NCBI RefSeq assembly: GCF_009914755.1
Contig: NC_060926.1
DNA from: the human T2T-CHM13v2.0 reference genome, Homo sapiens
Reading direction: 5' to 3' (one strand)
DNA length: 64,000 bases
A program made the translations under genes and the position numbers. This document shows positions 58,786 to 64,000 of the stretch, one piece after another. Every line of letters starts with the position of its first letter. Position 1 is the stretch's first letter. Under the pieces are notes generated by a model. The model was given only the letters and a program-made list of their open reading frames with translations. It did not search any database and was not told the origin of the DNA.

Positions 58786-61700
58786 ATAATGAATGCTATG
58801 AGTGATTATTGTGCTGAGGAAAAGATGTATATTCTGCAGCCATTGTATGAAATGTTCTGTGAACATCTATTAGGTCCATTTGGTCTATTGTGCAGATTAA
58901 GTCTGATGTTTCTGTGTTTATTTTCTGTCTGGCTGATCTGTTCAATGCTGAAAGTGGAGTGTTAAAGTCTCCAGCTATTATTATATTGAGGTCCATCTCT
59001 TTCTTTAGCTCTAATAATATCTGCTTTATACATCCGGGTGCTTCAGTGTTGGATGCATATATATTTACAATTATTATATCCTCTTGCTGAATTGACTTAT
59101 CATTATATAATGACCTTCATCTCCTATAGGTTTTGTTTTGACATCTATTTTGTGTAATATAAGGTATAGCTAGTACTACTCTTTTCCTGCACCCATTTGC
59201 ATAGAATATTTTTTCTATCCTTTTATTTTCAGTTAATGTGTGCCTCCATAGGTTGTATGTTTCTTGTAGACAACAAATTGTTGGGTCTTGTTTTTTTATC
59301 CATTCAGCCACTATTTCCCTACATTGGAGGGCTTAGTCCATTTACATTCAATGACATTATTAATAAATAGAGACTTACTCCTGCCATTTTGTTATTTGTT
59401 TTCTAGTTGTTTTGTGGTCTTCTTTTCCTTCTTTCTTTCTTGTCATTTTTAGTGAAGGTAATTTTCTGTGGTGTTATGGTTTAATTCCTTGCTTTTTATT
59501 TTTCGTTTATCTGTTATATGTGTTTAGATTTGAGGTTACCATAAGGCTTGCAAATAATATCTTATAATTCATTATTTTAAACTGATGACAACACTGATTA
59601 CATAAACTAACAAACATGGAAAAATAAACTAATAAAAACTCTACACTTTAACTTCATTCCCCCACTTTTTAACTTCCGTTGTTTCTATGTATATCTTAAT
59701 GTACTGTCTATGTCTTAAAAAGTTATTGTAGTTTTTATTCCTTATCAGTTCATCTTTTTGTCTTTCTACTTAAGATACAGGTAGCTCAAACACCATAAAT
59801 ACAGTTTAATAATGTTCTGTTTGTTTTTATACTTACTAATTCCTCATTAAAGTCCTTTTCTTCCTGATCAAATAACTCCTTTTAGCATTTGATAGGATAG
59901 GCCTGGTATTGATGAAATCCCTCAGCTTTTGGAAAGTCTTTATTTCTCCTTCAGATCTGAGGGATTCTCCTTCCCCTGCCAAACCCCCACTGGCTATACT
60001 ATTCTAGGGTAAAAGTTTGTTCCTTCAGGACTTTAAGTATGTCATGCCACTCTCTCATAGCCTGTATCATTTCCACTGAAAAGTCTGCTGCAAGATGTAG
60101 TGGAGTTCCATTGTATGTTGTTTCTTTTCTTTTTTTACTTTTAGGATCCTTTCTTTATCCTTGCCTTTTGGGAGTTTGATTATTAAATGCCTTGAGATAG
60201 TATTCTTTGGGTTAAATCTCCTTTGTGTTTTATAACCTTCTTGTACTTGCCTATTGATATCTTTCTCTAGGTTTGGGAAATTCTCTGCTATTATCCCTTT
60301 GAGTAAACTTTCTACTCCTTTATCTTTTTTTTAATGCCAATAACTCTTAGATTTGCCCTTTTGAGGCTATTTTCTAGATCTAGTAAGTGTGCTTCATTCT
60401 TTTTAACTCTTTTTCTTTTGTCTTCTCTGTGTATTTTTAAATAGACTGTTTTCAAGCTCACTAATTCTTTCTTCTGCTTAATCAATTCTGCTCTTAAGAG
60501 ACTCTGATTCATTCTTCAATATGTCCATTATATTTTTCAGTTTGAGAATTTCTGCTTGTTTTTAATTATTTCAATTTCTTTGTAAAATTTATCTGGTAAG
60601 ATTCTGAATTCCTTCTCTTTGTTATCATAAATTTCCTTGAGTTTCAGCTATTTTGAATTCTCCGTTTGGAAGGTCACATAGCTCTGTCTCTCCAGGATCA
60701 GTCACTGGTGCCTTATTTAGTTCATTTGGTAAGTTCATGTTTTCTTGGAGGTCTTGATGCTGAGGATGTCTGTTGGTGTCTGGGCATTGAAGATATAGGT
60801 GTTTATCGTAGTTTTTGCAGTCTGAGCTTGTTTGTACTTGTCCTTCTTGGAAAGGTTTTCCTGGTATTCAAAAGAACTTGGGTGTTCTGATGGAAGCTTC
60901 ATATCACTGCAGCTTTATCTGCATTAGGGGGCACCCCAAGCCCACTAACAATGTGGTTCTTGTGGACTCATAAAAATACCTTTTTGGTGGTCTTGGATAA
61001 GATCTGCAAGAATTCTCTGGAGAACCAGGCAGAGATTCCTCTCTTTCCTTATTTTGTTCCAGTGAATATCTCTCTCTCTGTGTGTGCTGAGATGCCTGGA
61101 GCTGAGGGAGAGGTAACCTAAGCATCCCTGTGGCCACCATCACTGGAACTATGCCAGGCCAGACATGAAGCCATTGCAGTACTCTGTCTTACCCAAGGCC
61201 TGCTCTATCTATTACCTGGCTACTGCCTATGTTTGCTCTAGGACCTAGGGCAGTACAATTGCAGGTCACAAAGCCAGCCAGGCATATATCCTTCCCTTCA
61301 GGGCAACAAATTTCCCTAGGCCCCAGATGGATCCGCAGATATTATCTGGGAGCCAGAGTCTGGAGTCAGAAACCTTAGAAATCTACCTGGTACTCTATTC
61401 TACTGCAGCTGAGCTGGCACCCAAACCACAAGACAAAGTCCTTCCCATTCTTCCCTCCCCTTTCCCCAGGCAGAGGAGTCTGTCTCCATGTTTATCCCCA
61501 CCACAGACCCATAGGGAGTACTGCCAGCCTATCACTGATATTTACTTCAGGCCCAAGGGCTTTTTAGTCAGCTTGTCATGAATGCTGCCAAGCCTGGGAC
61601 TCACCCTTCAGAGCAGTGGGCTCCCTTCTGGCTGTCCAAGAACCAAGGGCTGGAATTGGGGACCGCAAGAGTCCATTTACTAGTCTAGTCCACTGTGGCC

Positions 61701-62849
61701 TCACTGGTACCTAATCAGCAAGACAAAGTCCCATTTACTCTTTCCTCTGCTTTTCTCAAGCAGAAGTCTCTCCTCATATTCTACCATAGCTCTGTGCTGG
61801 GTCACACCTGAAGCCAGCATGTCTGAGTCTCACCCAAGTCCCACAGCATGTACTACCTGGTTCTGTTGCTGATTTTGCAGGGCCCAAGGGCTCTTTACTC
61901 AGCAGATGATGAATCCTGCCCAGACTGTATTTTTCCCTGCAAGTCAGTGAGTTCCCTTCTGGCCGAGCATGTGTCTAGAAATATCATCTCAGATCTAGGG
62001 CCTCACAACTCTGCCCAGTACCCTATCCTACTATGGATAAGCTGGTATACAAACTGCAAGACAAAGTCCTCTTTATTCTTCTTTCTTCTCCTCAAGTGGA
62101 AAGAAGGGTTCTCTTTTGGAGCTGCAAGCTGCACTGACTGGGGCTGGGGGGAGGGGTGTTGCAAGCAGTCCCTTAGCTGCGCTGGCTGGTTTCTTATTAG
62201 GTCACATGCCTCCAAGTCCACTGGCTCCAAGCCCAGAACAGCAATAGGTCTTGCCCAGGAATTGCAGTCCTTGTGGTCTAGACTGCCTTTTAAGTTTATT
62301 TAGGACCTCATAGCGCATTAGCCTTCGCTGGTGAGGCATGAGAAAACTCAAGTTCTGACCACTGGGATGGGCAATTCCCTGCTGGCTCATCTAAGTTCCC
62401 CCTTGAAGGCCATGGGCTGATTTGTTCCCAGTGTTGCTTTCTGCTATGACAGGGCAGCACTGAGTTCCAATGCAAAGTCCCAGAATTGCTGGGCTCTCCC
62501 TTCCTCGAGCACACAGATTCTTCTTCCACATGTAGCTACTATTGGGGGATTGGGGAGGAGATGTATCAGCAAGTCAAAACTGTCTTTCCTATTCCCTTCA
62601 GTGCCTCTTTTAGCAGTATGAAGTTAAAACCAGGTATTGTAAATCGCCTGATTTTTGGCTCTTATGAAGGTGCTTTTCTGTGCGGATAGCTGTTAAATTT
62701 AGAGATCCAGGAAGACAATTGGTGGAAGCTTCTATTCAGGAGCTCCACCTCCCTCCAGAAAAATGCTTTGTGTAAGTACTTTAAGCAGAGGATCAGGAGC
62801 ATGGTGAAAATTTTGCTTTTACAAAAGTCGCTCAAAAAGATGTATAGAG

Positions 62850-63040
62850 CAGTGGTTCTCAAATTTTAGTGTATGTCAGAATCTCCTGTAGATCTTTTTG
62901 AGACCAGATTGCAAGACACCCTCTTCTCCCAAAGTTTCTGGTTCTAAGTCTGAGGCAGAGCATAAGAATTTGCATTTCTAACAAGTTCCCCAGTGATACT
63001 CATACTGCTGGTCTGAGGATCATGCTTTAAAAAATCACCG
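62850..63040. mobile_element. MER5A (hAT-Charlie MITE)
   Basis: TIRs cagtggttctcaaa ... tttaaaaaatcaccg; internal 'aagaatttgcatttctaacaagttccccagtgat'. Confidence 0.9.
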
Positions 63041-64000
63041 TAGAGGATAAGTATACCAAGGGGAAAAAAAACAGGCAAGGTAACAAGACCAGTTAAGTAG
63101 TGTGAAAGCAATAAAATCCATGAACAAGGTGAAAACAAAACAAAAGCAGTAACAACCAAATTAGATTCAATTTATTTATGTTGTTGGTAAAAAGACAATT
63201 TAAAACATCGATGGTAGATATATATTCCTAATTGATCATTGGGATCCCCCTTTTTTCTCCCTTTTATTTTTCTTAATTCTCTTTGTTATTCTCTTGTCTA
63301 TCATCATGTAAAATGAAGAGCCTAGGTAGAGGTCCAGGAGGAAGTAAAGTTCAAATATACAAAAGAAATGGAAGAGACTGCTAAATAATTATTGTGGTTC
63401 AGTTTTAATGCTTCTGTATTTTATGGTGCAACTGTTTTTACATTTGTTGGAGTGGGGGGCATCATAAATTTAGGTGTCGAAGGCCTCTGACATCTTAATC
63501 TGGCTTTGAGTAAATGATTTGAGAAAAGACAAAGAAAAAAATATCAAAGAATTTGGGAGTAGATAAAGCATGTCTGCCAGGTAATAGAACATGAACATGA
63601 AAAGGGCAAGAATGAAAGCGGAAACACCAAAAGAATTTTTAGCTAAGATAATTTATCACTAGTCAAGTAAGCATCAATAAGAATGAGATTTAGGCATTTA
63701 TGCCACATATTCTCACAGCACCTTCTTGACACCGTTTTATAGAACTTTTGTCTGATCTGTATATCTTGTGTTCAAAATAAAATGTCCACCATGATAAGGT
63801 GATAAAATCTGAGTTAACTGCAAAAATGCAGTTGGTGTGATTGAAATCACAATTTATCATTGATACTAAAAATACAGAACTGTGTTTTTCCTTTTGTAAA
63901 ACAGAATTATATATAAAACTAAGCATTGAATGAAAAGGTTCAATGTCCTCATAGGATCTGGCTAAACATAAAATATTTAGAGGTATGTATCTTAAAGAAC

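Noticed and set aside
63690-63926. 78 aa minus-strand ORF in unique sequence
   Set aside because: No recognisable homology or convincing splice pair.

Overview
AT-rich primate (probably human or great-ape: AluY and LTR12 are present) genomic DNA made mostly of nested interspersed repeats. I can support no host protein-coding gene, RNA gene or prokaryotic system; nearly all ORFs in the track are L1, Alu or ERV debris. Contents: a full-length dead L1PA6-like element (10682-16849), several large L1MA/L1M/L1PA13-16-like elements, about 11 Alus, MaLR elements (THE1/MST), an internally deleted ERVL (MLT2), and L2/MIR/MER5A relics. The most interesting object is an HML-5-like (HERVK22/LTR22) provirus at 38571-44525 with both LTRs, a perfect GAAACC TSD and a tRNA-Met PBS. 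It is a mosaic: (i) a CpG-rich, apparently non-retroviral segment replaces most of gag/pro; (ii) an antisense LTR12 promoter fragment sits in pol; (iii) a class-I (gamma-like) ERV segment ending in a GPY integrase motif lies between its own integrase and env; (iv) Trp/Gly codons show G-to-A changes like those left by APOBEC3 in both the class-II and class-I parts; (v) the 5' LTR keeps 14 CpGs versus 4 in the 3' LTR, suggesting long-term germline hypomethylation of the 5' half. Repeat subfamily names come from my recollection of consensus sequences and need RepeatMasker/Dfam confirmation.
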